Source of the DNA: Diplonema japonicum
Lineage: Eukaryota > Protista > Euglenozoa: Diplonemea
Assembly (NCBI GenBank): GCA_964019335.1
Contig: OZ025651.1
Coordinates: forward strand, 806,001 to 870,000
Reading direction: 5' to 3'
DNA length: 64,000 nt
Shown here piece by piece: positions 39,864 through 51,422 of the stretch. Positions within the stretch are counted from its first letter, which is position 1. Each line of letters starts with the position of its first letter. The translations under genes and the position numbers were made by a program. Under the pieces are notes generated by a model that was given only the letters and a program-made list of their open reading frames with translations, did no database searches and was not told the DNA's origin.

Positions 39864-42734
39864 ATGCAATTTTTAAAATACCGCAAGTCAAAGGTGCCGT
39901 TCTCCACCGACCCGTTATCCACGCGGTGCAAGGCTTATGAAGTAATCGAAGGTGCGGCCGAGACCGATCTGATCCGGTTGAAGAAAAACATCGGTCGAAA
40001 AACAATCCTGACCGACGACGAGATTCAAAAAAACGTGGCGCGGGACCTGTCTGCAAGCACCGATCTCGACACCCCCCTCCACGTCCTCAGCAAAACGGCT
40101 ACGGGCTTCCACGGAACACCCTTCCACCCCTTGGACAAAAACGTACCATTACGGGAGGTTTTAATATACTGGGCCCGAACCTTGCGAAGCACGGAAGCTT
40201 CGTTCACATCCGTGGCCGTCTGGGCGGACTGCATGCTCACACAGGTTAAGCGAGCTGTTTCCAACATCAGCCAGCCGAACATTCTTCTTTCTGGTTGCGC
40301 ATACATCTGCCTGACAAAGGTCATCCAGGCATCGTTAAAAATCGCTGTGAATAAAATTGCGATCCAGCCGTTTCTCGATGAGGTGTTTGGTTCAATATTC
40401 AAAGCGACTTCCAAGACATGCCTTGCTGGGGATTTTTCGCCATATTCGGAGATCCTACAGGGGCGGTATGAAGGTTTGTTCACGGGTTTCGAGCTTTACT
40501 CAGACCTTGCGTCCGTTGCGGTTGCTAAGATTGAGGAGCGGAAAAAAGAAACGGACAGCATTGCCGAAATCTCACGCGCACAGTCCTCCGGCAAGCAAGC
40601 TATTTTAGAATCGCGTGTAAGATCATGGCAAACCGCGTACCTCCGAACAGTTCTGCGTAGTTGGCGGCACACTGCACAGCGTGGCGCCGCCACTACGAAG
40701 GCCATCGAGAAGGTCACGGAAAAAACCCGAATTCAACACAAGTCCATGCTGCAAAGAATATGCTTCACGACCTGGCGAAGCGACACCCGGAACAAAATTC
40801 ACGAAAAACACACGCGCGAGCACCACCAAGCCACGAGAGACTGGAGGGAAACTAAGTCGAAGCTGCTCGTCGACGTGTCGTCTCTAAGCAGCGAACTTCA
40901 CCTGTTGAAACGCGATCTTCAAACAAAAATCGACGACCTCACGCAAAAATGCAGAAAAACACAGGAAGACGCCGCCGCAAAAATCGCCTCGATAACCGCT
41001 CGGCTCGACAAAAAAGACCAGCAAATCACCGATCTCGAACAAGAACTAACCGCCCGAGACGAGGAAATCATGGAATGGACGAAGCTGGCGAATTTTATGC
41101 TCGACAAATCGGGTGTTCAAAACACACACCACCCGTTCTTCGCGCTTCTCACCGACCGGTCTAAACGAGAACGGGAAAAAGCCGTCTTACAAGACAGGCT
41201 GAAGAAGCTAACAGACAAAACAGAGATACGAAAAACCGAGTATCAGCTGGAGATGCTTGACAATGGTACAGAGTACGAACTTCTTTACGACACCACTACG
41301 ATGCAGGATTTGCTGTCGACACCGAACTCGTTTGAAAAGATTTTGTTACGGTTTTGCGATTATGTTCTGGCGTGCAAAGGCGTCTCCCGTGCGACCCCCG
41401 TCGAGAACTTCACCACGGACTTCCAGGATTCAGAAATCGTCATCGTGCTGTTATCAACAGTATTCCCTGAAAAATGCGACCTACAAGCTCTTTTAAACCC
41501 ATCCCACGAGGCTCGCGCGCATGCTGTCATGAAATCCTTAAGCATCCTCGGAATGGACGGGTTCCTTTGTATAGACGATCTCATCATGGGCAGGGCGTAT
41601 CGCACTATGACGTTTATATCGTTGATATTCAAGAGGTACTGTAACTTAACATCGGTGGGGGAGATCGCTGAACGGCACCTGTCGCCGAGTACAGTGGAGC
41701 TCTCGGATTTCTCGGGGTATTCACCAGCGTGCTTGGAGACAAACAGGCAAAGGCTCTTCGAGAAAGCCGCAATGCTGGCGGGATCTAAAAAAGCCTGGCA
41801 ATACATGGGCGAAGTCACCGGACGCGACTTGGTGAAACGGTTGCAAGCCAAACTTACAAAAGAAGGCGATATTCTCGACATCAAAGCAAAACGGCAAATG
41901 GTCACCTACACAAGCCTGGACGAGGACCGCACACTTGACGTAGTCATACATGCGCTCAATTCAGCTGATGAATTAGATCTCTGCGAAGATGTCCTCACTA
42001 GCCAGTACGAGGTGATTCGATCGGTTTATCTGTACTACGTGCGGATCGATTTCGGGCAGAAGATGTCGCAGATGGGGTTCCTCTCGTTTTGCGAAGACTG
42101 CAAGCTTTTAAACACCTTCGGGAAAAAACAGCTTTTACAATGCCTCCAAACCGCCGGAAAAGGTACAGATGGACACTTTATATCCCCGTCTGTTTTCATA
42201 GAAACTCTCGTCAGAATCGCGTTTCTACGAAGCAGAAAAGCTGGAACGTGCTTGTCACGATGCTTGCAGAAGATATTGGAGGACACAGTAGCGCCGCATG
42301 CCATGCGCAGCAGTGTGGACGAGCTGCGAAGGTCCTTTCGTCATCAATCCGTACAAGCAACTTTTAAACGTTTCCATAGACAGCTTTACCGGGCTTTCCG
42401 CCTTTATTTGACGGGGCACAGAACTGATGAGGGGACGCTTGTTGTTCTTCATGAATCTTATCTTCGGTTCATCAAAGAGTGTAATTTGTTCGACGGTCGG
42501 TTTTCGTACCCAGATGCGCACCTCGTGTTTATCTCTGCTACGTGTGATGAGACGAAGACGACCTCGGTGGCGGGGCTCTGTTTCTCGGAGTGGCTTGAGG
42601 CGATCGCGTGCATCGCGCTGTACAAGCAACCGACACCTCTGGTCCCCACCAGCCAGAGGATCGACATCTTCATCCGCACCACGCTTCTCCCGAGGCTCAA
42701 GGAGAAGTTCAGACAGAACGGTTTGTTCACTTGA
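39864..42734 (+). CDS. Coiled-coil + calponin-homology + EF-hand-like cytoskeletal protein
   Basis: CH domain EKILLRFCDYVL..VENFTTDFQDS..LL..ARAHAVM..IDDLIMG; C-terminal EF-hand-like helices. Confidence 0.7.
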   Translation: MQFLKYRKSKVPFSTDPLSTRCKAYEVIEGAAETDLIRLKKNIGRKTILTDDEIQKNVARDLSASTDLDTPLHVLSKTATGFHGTPFHPLDKNVPLREVLIYWARTLRSTEASFTSVAVWADCMLTQVKRAVSNISQPNILLSGCAYICLTKVIQASLKIAVNKIAIQPFLDEVFGSIFKATSKTCLAGDFSPYSEILQGRYEGLFTGFELYSDLASVAVAKIEERKKETDSIAEISRAQSSGKQAILESRVRSWQTAYLRTVLRSWRHTAQRGAATTKAIEKVTEKTRIQHKSMLQRICFTTWRSDTRNKIHEKHTREHHQATRDWRETKSKLLVDVSSLSSELHLLKRDLQTKIDDLTQKCRKTQEDAAAKIASITARLDKKDQQITDLEQELTARDEEIMEWTKLANFMLDKSGVQNTHHPFFALLTDRSKREREKAVLQDRLKKLTDKTEIRKTEYQLEMLDNGTEYELLYDTTTMQDLLSTPNSFEKILLRFCDYVLACKGVSRATPVENFTTDFQDSEIVIVLLSTVFPEKCDLQALLNPSHEARAHAVMKSLSILGMDGFLCIDDLIMGRAYRTMTFISLIFKRYCNLTSVGEIAERHLSPSTVELSDFSGYSPACLETNRQRLFEKAAMLAGSKKAWQYMGEVTGRDLVKRLQAKLTKEGDILDIKAKRQMVTYTSLDEDRTLDVVIHALNSADELDLCEDVLTSQYEVIRSVYLYYVRIDFGQKMSQMGFLSFCEDCKLLNTFGKKQLLQCLQTAGKGTDGHFISPSVFIETLVRIAFLRSRKAGTCLSRCLQKILEDTVAPHAMRSSVDELRRSFRHQSVQATFKRFHRQLYRAFRLYLTGHRTDEGTLVVLHESYLRFIKECNLFDGRFSYPDAHLVFISATCDETKTTSVAGLCFSEWLEAIACIALYKQPTPLVPTSQRIDIFIRTTLLPRLKEKFRQNGLFT

Positions 42735-42933
42735 AAGAAAAAAAAAGAAAATAATAACGGGCATTTTTACATTTGCCCCCCCCCCCCCCCCAGTTAAAGT
42801 GATTTCCAAAAGTCCTTTTTTTTTTGCTGCTCTCTGTTTTGCATTTTTTTTGTGTTGAAGTTTCGTCGACAGGTTTTTTTTTCTTTTCATTTACACGGGG
42901 ATTTAAAAAAAAAAAACTATAAAAAAAAAAGAA

Positions 42934-44256
42934 ATGACCGACATCTTCACGCTCTGCGAGGAAGGCAAGGTTGAGGAGGTTGAGGACCTTGTGAAGGGGC
43001 ACCCCATCTGTATCAATGACTACAACAAGCACGGTGTGACCCCGCTCGGGTTGGCGGTTCAGAAGAAACACGTGAACCTTGTGAAGAGGCTTCTGGCTTG
43101 GGAGGCGGACCCCAACGCAAGGGCGACAGAGGAGGCAGGGACGTACAAAGGGTACACCCCAATGCACTTCGCATCGAAGAACGACGACGTGTGCTGCCTG
43201 CAACTCCTCTTCGAAAGAGGTGCCAGCCCGAAGCTACAAGGCAAGGACGGCTGGTCACCACTTCACACTGCCGCCTTCGCCGGCGCATTGGAATCCATCA
43301 AATGGCTGATCTCCAAAAAAGTCGATCTCAATGTTGCAAACGAACACAAGATCACACCTCTGATCCAAGTCGTGTCGCAAGGCAAGCTGGAAGCCTCAAG
43401 GCTCCTCATCAACGCAGGAGCGAAGACCACACTGAAGGACATCACGGGGGACACCATTTTCCACCATGCGATGCACTTCTCTATGTACAAGCTTTTTGAA
43501 GGCAGCTACACGCTCCCTGACATACAAATTGATGCAGCAGTCTTCCTTGCTCTTCATGGGGTGGACCCGGAATTGTTGAATCGAGACGGGCAGAAGGCGA
43601 CACACTACGTCGAAAAGGAGTTCGGTTCTAACAATTTCGTGATGGCTCTGAAGCTTATCCACATGAATCACGCCTCGCTGCTGAAGGGGGAGGGGGATAT
43701 CACCGAGAGGTGGAACTACCTTACTCTCTGCGCCATTAAGAACAGGCAGGTGTTCGAGAATCTTGGTGTCCCTGCACAGCAGGCGAAGGACCTCATCGAT
43801 TTGCTCTTCGCGTTCGAAAATGAAAGGAAAACGAAGAAGGACCCGAGCAAGAACAAAAGGGTCCCGAAGAAACGGGTGACACCCCTACCAGATAAAAAGG
43901 CTGCCCCTTCCGCTGCGACACCTCCACCTCCAACACGTGAGGAGGAGACGGACAATGCTGTGACCCCCGAGACGCCAAGCATCCCCAGCCCTGTTGTGAC
44001 ACCTGTGGAAAAAAATGTTACACCGGTGCTGCCCGTTCCCCAGTTGCCTGTTGTTACGCAGCAGGTGGTGCCCACAACTATTGAGCACAGGGTTGAAACT
44101 AAGGTGGAGAAAATCGTTGAGGTGAAGTGGCAGCACCCTTCTGTGTTGCCGCCGCCAGTTATCGATCTGCGCTGGGCCTACCACAACAGGGTGGCGATTC
44201 TGTGCTGTATAATCAGTTTTCTGCTGGGTTCCGCTCTCACACCCGTGAGGTGTTGA
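42934..44256 (+). CDS. Ankyrin repeat protein with C-terminal membrane anchor
   Basis: GVTPLGLAV, GYTPMHFAS, GWSPLHTAA, ITPLIQVV, GDTIFHHA; Pro/Thr linker; terminal VAILCCIISFLLGSAL. Confidence 0.88.
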   Translation: MTDIFTLCEEGKVEEVEDLVKGHPICINDYNKHGVTPLGLAVQKKHVNLVKRLLAWEADPNARATEEAGTYKGYTPMHFASKNDDVCCLQLLFERGASPKLQGKDGWSPLHTAAFAGALESIKWLISKKVDLNVANEHKITPLIQVVSQGKLEASRLLINAGAKTTLKDITGDTIFHHAMHFSMYKLFEGSYTLPDIQIDAAVFLALHGVDPELLNRDGQKATHYVEKEFGSNNFVMALKLIHMNHASLLKGEGDITERWNYLTLCAIKNRQVFENLGVPAQQAKDLIDLLFAFENERKTKKDPSKNKRVPKKRVTPLPDKKAAPSAATPPPPTREEETDNAVTPETPSIPSPVVTPVEKNVTPVLPVPQLPVVTQQVVPTTIEHRVETKVEKIVEVKWQHPSVLPPPVIDLRWAYHNRVAILCCIISFLLGSALTPVRC

Positions 44257-44673
44257 AATAATTAATTTTCATCCCCCCCATTCCCCCCTCCTCTCTTTAA
44301 AAATATTAGTTTTTCATAATTTTCTTCTTTTTTTTTTTTGGAATCTTTATTATTACTATTATTTTAGACCCTCCTCTCCTTCCCCATAATAACCCCCCCC
44401 CCAGAAAAAGAACATCGCGGTCGCCGTTTAATGGCACATGATTTCATAATTTTTCTTTTTTGGAAGTAATTTTTTTGTTTTTTTTTTGTCCCCCCTTTTT
44501 TTTGTTCTTTTTCATTTTTTATTATTCTTTCCACAACAACAAACCCCTCCCCCCCCCATACACAAAGGTGGAGGTGGTGGTAGCATACACTTATAAACCT
44601 GCCGCCCAAACTCCGGGAGGAACAAAAGAGAAAAAAATTTAAAAAGAAAAGAAGAGAAAAAAAGGAAAAAGAA

Positions 44674-46263
44674 ATGAGTGATGAGATGAGAAGGCGCGAT
44701 GAGAGAATAAGAGAGTTAGAAAGAGAAGTGGAGGAAGGCCTGATAGAAATCCACGATCTGAAAGAAGGGCAGGCAGGAGGGAGCGAGGGGAGGAGGATAA
44801 GGGACGAGAAAGTGGAGGAAAGCATCGGCGATCTCATCAAGGAGCTAGAGGAGGCCACGAAGAGAGAAAATCTCTTGAAGAGCAAAATCGCTTCGCTGGA
44901 AGCACAAGTGACGGGTGCGACAGCCGTAAAACTCAGTTTGCAGGAAGAAATCACACAGATCAAAAACTCCCACGTTGACCCTATGGTTACTCAATCACCC
45001 CCTACAACACCTGCCACACCCACTATCCCGGTGTCCACAGACCTGGTAACTTCCTTGCGATCACAACTTCGCTCTCGGGACGAGACGATCGCAACATTGA
45101 ACAGGAAACACACCCGTGAGAAGAGCGCGCTTCAAGCCCGTGTTCTCACCCTCGAACGAAGCCTCGGAGAAAGCAAAAAAGCCGGCCCAAGCATTAGCTC
45201 GAGATACACAACAGTGGCATCGGGTCAGAGTCCGGGGAAATCGAAACGAAGGGGCGCATCTTCCGGTAATTTCTTTTTTTTGGGGAAAGAAAAAAAAAAA
45301 AAAAAAAGACCCGTCCCGAAACGAGGTGTCATCACGGGGCAGAGCCCCCTCATCTGTCCGTTCCTCGAGCCACGTTGATTCCGATCTGTTAGACAGGATA
45401 AGGACTCATGTTGATAAAACAACAAGCAGGGTAATTTTTTTTTTTTTAAAAACTTTTTTTTACTCAAAAAAAAAAGGTGAGTATAATCCTAAAACAAATC
45501 GCGGAGGCGGAGGCGAAGCGGGGGAAGAAAAAGGGTGACGAAGGTGTCTCTATGGCCGCCTTTAAGAAGTCGCTGATCGCGTCTCAGCACGATCTTTCTG
45601 TGAGCAAGCAGATGCTCAACGAAGCGGAGGGGGTCACGAGCGGGGCGGTCCACAAGACGCGCAGTTCGCCGTTGAAAATAGGCGACAGGCGAAACCCCTC
45701 CCCTGCTCACCGGGGGAAGAGCCATAAGGCACCTATCCCACCCATTTCTCTCACTGAGCTCCGGATGAGGTATTTAGCAAGGAAAAAAAAAAAAAAATAA
45801 ATAAATAAATAAAATAAAAACCAGGTCTCCTCGCTTGCAGCTCTCACCTAAGCAACTTGTCAATCAACCTCTTACTGCGCGAGTTCCGTCTGCCCACTCC
45901 TATCACTCACACCGAAGTGATGGGTCCAGCAAAACAGCAAAATCACGAGGCTACGATTTCACTGGCCCACGAAGAACAGGGGTATGTAGGGGGTTAGAAA
46001 AAAATTCAAAAAAAAAAAAAAAAAAAAAAAAAACACAGAGTAGTGCTGTACTGTCTCCAAGACCAAAGGTATCATCTTACCGGGTTGGGTAAAAAAAAAA
46101 GGAAAAAAAAAAAAGAAATCTTGCTTTTTTTTCTTTGCTTCAGAACTTTTTCTTTTTTTTTTCTTTCTTTCTTTTATGCCCCCCCTACTTTTTTTCAAAA
46201 ATAAAATAAAATAAAATAAAAAAATAGAGGGGTAGCTCTAAGCACAGTGACAGGAACTCGTGA
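44674..46263 (+). CDS. Coiled-coil / Ser-rich protein split by 4-5 small A-rich introns (45266-45308, 45431-45476, 45770-45824, 45982-46038, possibly 46069-46227)
   Basis: Removing each GT-AG segment joins ORFs 44674, 45116, 45477 and 45835 in frame (..GASS-D-PSRN.., ..KTTSR-VSII.., ..ELRM-R-SPRL.., ..RRTG-SSAV..). The end is either TAA 46092 or, with intron 5, ...PRPK-RGSSKHSDRNS* at 46263. Confidence 0.78.
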
Positions 46264-47414
46264 GGCAGGAGGGAAACAAAGGAAGAAGAAAAGGGGAGGG
46301 GGTGGGGGGGAGGGGAGATATTTAAAAAAGATTTTTTTGAATGGAGGGGTTATGGCACAAGGTAATCCTCCCCCCCCCTTTTTTTTGGTGTTCTCGTTTT
46401 ATTTTTTCGGTTCGCTCCCTTTGCTTTCTTGTTACTTTTTACTGTTTTGTTTCAAAAGGAAAAAAAAAAGGAAATATTTGCCTCCGAAGTGTCAGCTTCC
46501 CCCTTTTTTTTTATACAATTTATATAAAAGCCGCTTTCTCACCCCCATCCCTCGTGCCTCGCTTTGTTCGCTTTTAAAAAAAAAAATTTTTTTTTTTAAA
46601 AAAACACTAAAAAAAATAAAAAGGCTAGTTCTGTCGCGAAACCAATCTGAGTTAAATAGGGGGAAGTGCTGATTGTGTGAGAGAGGGAAAAAAAAAAAAA
46701 GGCAAAAAAAAAAGAGTTTTTTTTTATATTTGTATCTTCATTTGTGTTTCCCCCCTCCCCACTTTCTTTTTTTTTTTGTATTCAAATGAATTCCCCCCTT
46801 CCCTTACCCTGTGCCCATATTTACTTTATTCTTTACCTCCATCCTCATCCAAAAGAAAAAGAACAAAATAAAAGAAAAAAGTGGTGTACACAGGGAAGGG
46901 GGGAGAGATGGAGAGGTCAAGTTGACCTATTCCCCCTTCTTTTATTTATTTTTTTTTGTGAATAGCTCTCCAAAACTAAAAAAGAAAAATGAGTTTATTA
47001 TTTTTGTTCCCCCCCCCTAAGTGAGCTGACGTTGCTTTTTTTTAAAGTATTTTCTTTTTTTCCTTCTCTTCTTTTTTTCTTAGAGTATAATATGAACAAA
47101 AGAAGAGGAGATGGGGGAATGGAAAAAGAAGTATTGGGTGTGTTTGCTTTTTTTTTTTTTATATTTTACTTTTTGTAGTAAGTTTTTTTTTTTTTTTAAA
47201 AAGAGAAGAAAAAAAAGGGGAAAAAAAAATTAACAAAAAGAAAAGAGAAGAAAAAAAAAATGTCTTTCCAACTATCACTTTCCCACCCCACCTCCCTCTT
47301 CCCCTCCCGTCCCTCCGCATTCCCGTATCTTACCTTAACTGCTACATTTTTCTCGCAAAGAAAAAAAATCCCCACCAGGTGATAAATTTGTGTTCTTTTT
47401 TAAAAAAAAAAAAA

Positions 47415-48103
47415 ATGTTTCGCAACAGGTTGGCATCCCAGGCGCGCAAACTGCACCATGTTGTGTTTGTGGAGGACCACACGATAATGACAAGAAATGC
47501 GAATAGAATGGTGGCGTTGGAGGAGACGATGAGGAAGCTGGAGGACCGCTTGAAGCAGGACACCTGCAACGTGGTGATGCTCAACTCAGGCTACTTCAGA
47601 GAAAACAAAATCTACAAGTTCGGAAAAGGAGAATTCGACGCCGAAAGAGTGTGCGATCTGGACGGGAACAAAGGGGCATCTGGTGTCTGGGGCAACATTG
47701 GCAGACATCTACGCAAATATGAAGATGGCGAGTGCTACGTTCTGATGGTCACGAACGGAGCGGACGAGTGCTCAAGGCACAGTGGGGTTCATGGTATGCA
47801 GAAAATGCTAGCAGAAGTCAGCATGCGAAAGCCAACATTAAAGTTCCTGGCCTCTTGTGTCGGTTTAGATGTGATTCGTTCAAAGGAAAGGGCTTCCATT
47901 ACCGAAGGGTGTGCGTGGTCCGGTGCCCCAAACTTGTTTCTTAACTGTGACGGCAAGGATGCTGACGGAACAGACCTCTCGTCTGATGAGGCCATGCGGT
48001 TCTTTTCCATGATGGCTGCACCTAGCAGTTCGAGCATCTCTTCGGTGAAGAAGAGTGCGAAGCCGCAGGATTTTTTGAACGACCGTGTTCATGCCGCACC
48101 ATC

Positions 48104-48110
<7 letters not shown>
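47415..48110 (+). CDS. Degenerate vWA-like domain protein, possibly mitochondrial
   Basis: MFRNRLASQARK presequence-like N-terminus; HVVFVEDHT and YVLMVTNGAD resemble vWA strands with a decayed MIDAS. Confidence 0.55.
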
Positions 48111-48140
<30 letters not shown>

Positions 48141-48419
48141 GAGAGATTTGTGCTTTTGAATAAGCCTTCTCTCCCATGTGGTATAAATTATAAATACATA
48201 TGAGAAGCGGAAAAAAAGAAAAAAAGTTTTTTTGCTCTCCACAAAAAAAAAAAAAAAAAAAAAAAAAATGAACGTTTTTATCTATTTATTTTTCTCTCTC
48301 TTCCTCTCTTTTCTCCCCCTCTCTAATTTTTCTTCTCGGTTTTCTTTTTTTTTTTTTTCTAAAAACACAACCACGTAAAAAAAGATTTTTCTTTTCTCTT
48401 TTTTTTCTTTTCTTTGTGA

Positions 48420-48680
48420 GGATAACATGGAAATATAAGAAGTGCATCATGTGTTGTTCGCTGTTGACCTCCACGTCGGTCATCACCGGTAGCGCCCGAG
48501 TGGGAGAACGTAACAGGCAGAAAACTGCACGAGCGCCGAATCTTGGTTACCCGGGACGCCCCCGGCTAGGATTGAGTTGCACACCGCGCATTAAGAACAC
48601 GACGCGGAACGCAGAAGCGCCCCCTGTAACCAGGTAGATCGTTGCACACTTAACGCCACTTAGTGTTGCAATCAAAGCCC
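48420..48680 (+). repeat. Dispersed repeat / retroposon 3'-end remnant
   Basis: Shares GCATTAAG.ACACGACG.GGAAC.CAGAAG and CCCCTGTAA.CA.G.AGA with 51198-51280, and the CCCCTGTAA block with 49000-49050; last 38 nt identical to 36938-36975. Confidence 0.7.
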
Positions 48681-50229
48681 CATCCCCCCCCCTTTTTTTT
48701 CTTAACATGCTCTTCCCCCCTCCTCCCCCGCCCCTATTTCTTTTTTAATTGCTTTTCCCCTCTTCTCTCCTGCATTTTTTCAAGAAGACAAAGAAGGGGG
48801 GACAGATAAGAGAGGGGGGGGGAAAATGTTTTGAGTGGTGTGTATTAATGACCGCTCGGAGTGATGTAGCTGCCAAATACCTACGTGACAAGAGGTGATG
48901 ACCACTCAATTCTGAGGACAATGGCGCCGGTGATCCAGTAAAGAAGTCCATCAGATGTGTGGAAGAGGCAATCTGCACGGGCACATAATCTTGTACTTAA
49001 GGACTACAGCTCGTCCGAGGTATGCCCCTGTAATCAAGTAGATAGTACTTTGCCTCCTTTTTCTTGCACTTATCGTCTTCTGCGGAAGCGCATTGCAGTT
49101 TATAATAAGTTAACTTCGTCTTCGCGCCGTAGTGCAAATAAAGGACTGCTGACTGGGGTGGTCACATCAATGACGATCCTGAGGACTGGCAACCAAAGGG
49201 GGGGGGGGGGGGGGGGGAAGCCATCAGTCGACTGTGGAAAGACAATATCCATGCCACAAAAGGTGCGAACGTCTCAACACACTTCCGGTCGGTCTGTAAG
49301 TTGTTTTATTTCACCATTCGTCATTTGAGTCACTCACTCTTCGCTGCTTTCACTGCACCTATATTCCCTATCGAAAAAAAAAAACAAGTAAAAGTCACAC
49401 TTCTTGCAGGTTGTGAAATTTATACATTGTGCTGTCTATTTTAAGTAAGAATGACAAGTCCACCACCTGATATCTGGAGAACAACAATACTCACTTGGAC
49501 ACCAACGAATTCACTTGAACACCTACCATGGAGTAACAACCCTCACCCTCAAGCAAGAGATGGGGAATCTGCTTGAAGATCCATCAGAGAAGATCCATCT
49601 GAGAGGTTTAAAAGTGTAAAGAAAATGACCTCTATTGAAGCTAAGAATAAGAATGGTGACCTCACCAAAGCTATTTCTTCGTGTTGAGACAGACCCTGAG
49701 ATGCTGAGATGCTTTATTTAAGTGAAGGGTACTGGAACCGCACAAACGCGGCTGGACATGGTTGAGGGAAACAGCGGAGGAGCCAAAGCAGCTGATCGTA
49801 CATGAACACCGAATAAAGGAGGTCAGGAGCTGGGGGGAATGTGTCTGGAATGCCACACCCTTAATAGAATACAAAACATTCTTCTTTATTTGTGTGTTTT
49901 ATGGTAAAAAGAAGAATAACATACTTTGTTGAGACGGTTCGTACAAACCCTACACGTCCTGTTGAGTGCTTGTACACATGCCGCATTGAACATATTTAGA
50001 GATACTAAATAAGCAATCGGGTTTAATAGGATTCTCTCCTGTTAAACCTTTTTAACTGTAGTAAGCCTTGTGCCCGTGTCCGTGGTCTAACCTTGCTTCA
50101 AACTTCTTGTTTATTTGACCTCTTACAATGTCTTTCTCGACAAAAACAGCTGATAGCTTCTGCGGGTTTCTTCCATAATATGTAGGCAAACATAGAGTCG
50201 AATAAAAAAACAATAAAGGTTTACTGACA

Positions 50230-50960
50230 TCTTCTTTAGGTTGCCGCCCGCATGCCTTGTTGTCATCGTGCACCGAGGAACGAGTCCTGAGTCAACCAGC
50301 CAGCGAAAATAGCAGGACATTGCGCATGTTGTATAAGAGAAACAACAATACTGTGCTAGGAGGTAGTGCATGCTGACCTAGGGGGAGGCAGACAGGGTAC
50401 ACACTTCTTCGGTATAGCAGCTCATAACTGGTATTCTAGTTCCAGACGCATGTGGGGTACAGGTTCGACGAGATGGTGCGGAAGACCATGTCGAGGGTGT
50501 GCGGCATGAAGTTCGAGAACGGTCGAAAAATGACAGCAAACAAAATTGTCCATAAAAGTTGGCAGGCTTGGGGTGAAGAGCTGTCGGGAACACCTGCGTG
50601 GCTAGCAATCGACGATGCAGCTGCGCAAGTGGCTGGATCCCAAATACGAGCATGGGCTGGAAGGGGGTGTATGGTGGAGCTGGCTTGTCCCGAGATAGTA
50701 CCAACACGGGGCTGCAGATAGTCCCAACACCCGCGTGTTCTTCCCAGGTGGGGTTGAGGGTTCCCGCCTGCTGGCCCTGGTAGCTGTCATCGTGCACCTG
50801 ATGTACGAGTCCTGTGTCAACCAGGTAGCGAAAACAGCTGGATTTTCGGCTCTGAGTGCGGAGCAGTATAACCTCCCGAAGTATGAAACGGAACTCGCCA
50901 AGACATGTGCGGCCTTTGTGCCATTCACAATAGAGTTTTCAGGGGGCTCACCGAAGTCAG
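50230..50960 (+). pseudogene. Decayed restriction-like-endonuclease (CRE/R2/NeSL-type) retrotransposon C-terminus, partly duplicated
   Basis: LLALVAVIVHL..S...A..AG..A..AE.Y.L.KY.....FVPFTIEFSGG matches the RLE pattern D-V-T-V-V-H..AE..K..KY..FVPF.VE..GG; a second degenerate copy of this segment lies at ~50258-50330. Confidence 0.55.
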
Positions 50961-51422
50961 TAGTTTCTTTTTTTTTCATAATGAAATGGTCACTGCATTA
51001 CTTTCTTTATTAACGGGCTACGCGGCCGAAGGCGCGTAAGGGGACTGGGTTCCGCGGCCGAAGGCCAAGATTTTAGGCGAAAATTTCCAACATGCCAAAA
51101 CCTGTGAGTGAAAATTCAACATGCCAAATAGGGCCAAGATTTTTCCGAAGCCTATTTGTTCTGATAAGGGGGATTTTCAGCCTACCGTTTTGTCCACACG
51201 CATTAAGGACACGACGTGGAACTCAGAAGAAGCTACAACTCGGACGCGGTGAGCCCCCTGTAATCAAGCAGACAGTTCTTGTGCAGGGTACCACCAATCC
51301 CGGCTTCCTTTAACTCATAATATTTTTTTTCTTCTAAAAACATCGTTTTTTACATCCAAATCGTATTGATTGTGTGCAGGGGGTTGTCTGCTTTCCCCCC
51401 CCCTAACTCTCTCTTTTTTTTT

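Noticed and set aside
45266-45824. Programmed frameshifting or sequencing errors at A-runs as the explanation for broken ORFs
   Set aside because: Each break is bounded by GTA...AG and exact removal restores the frame, so introns are more parsimonious. Homopolymer lengths may still be imprecise.
48826-48990. Possible C/D snoRNA (GTGATGT..GTGATGA..CTGA, TTGAGTGGT/ACCACTCAA inverted repeat)
   Set aside because: No rRNA complement recognised, box spacing is doubtful, and it reads equally well as a decayed coding fragment within the TE cluster.
49450-49880. Coding-like tract with Trp-rich peptide fragments
   Set aside because: Multiple stops and no assignable family; noted only as probable TE debris.
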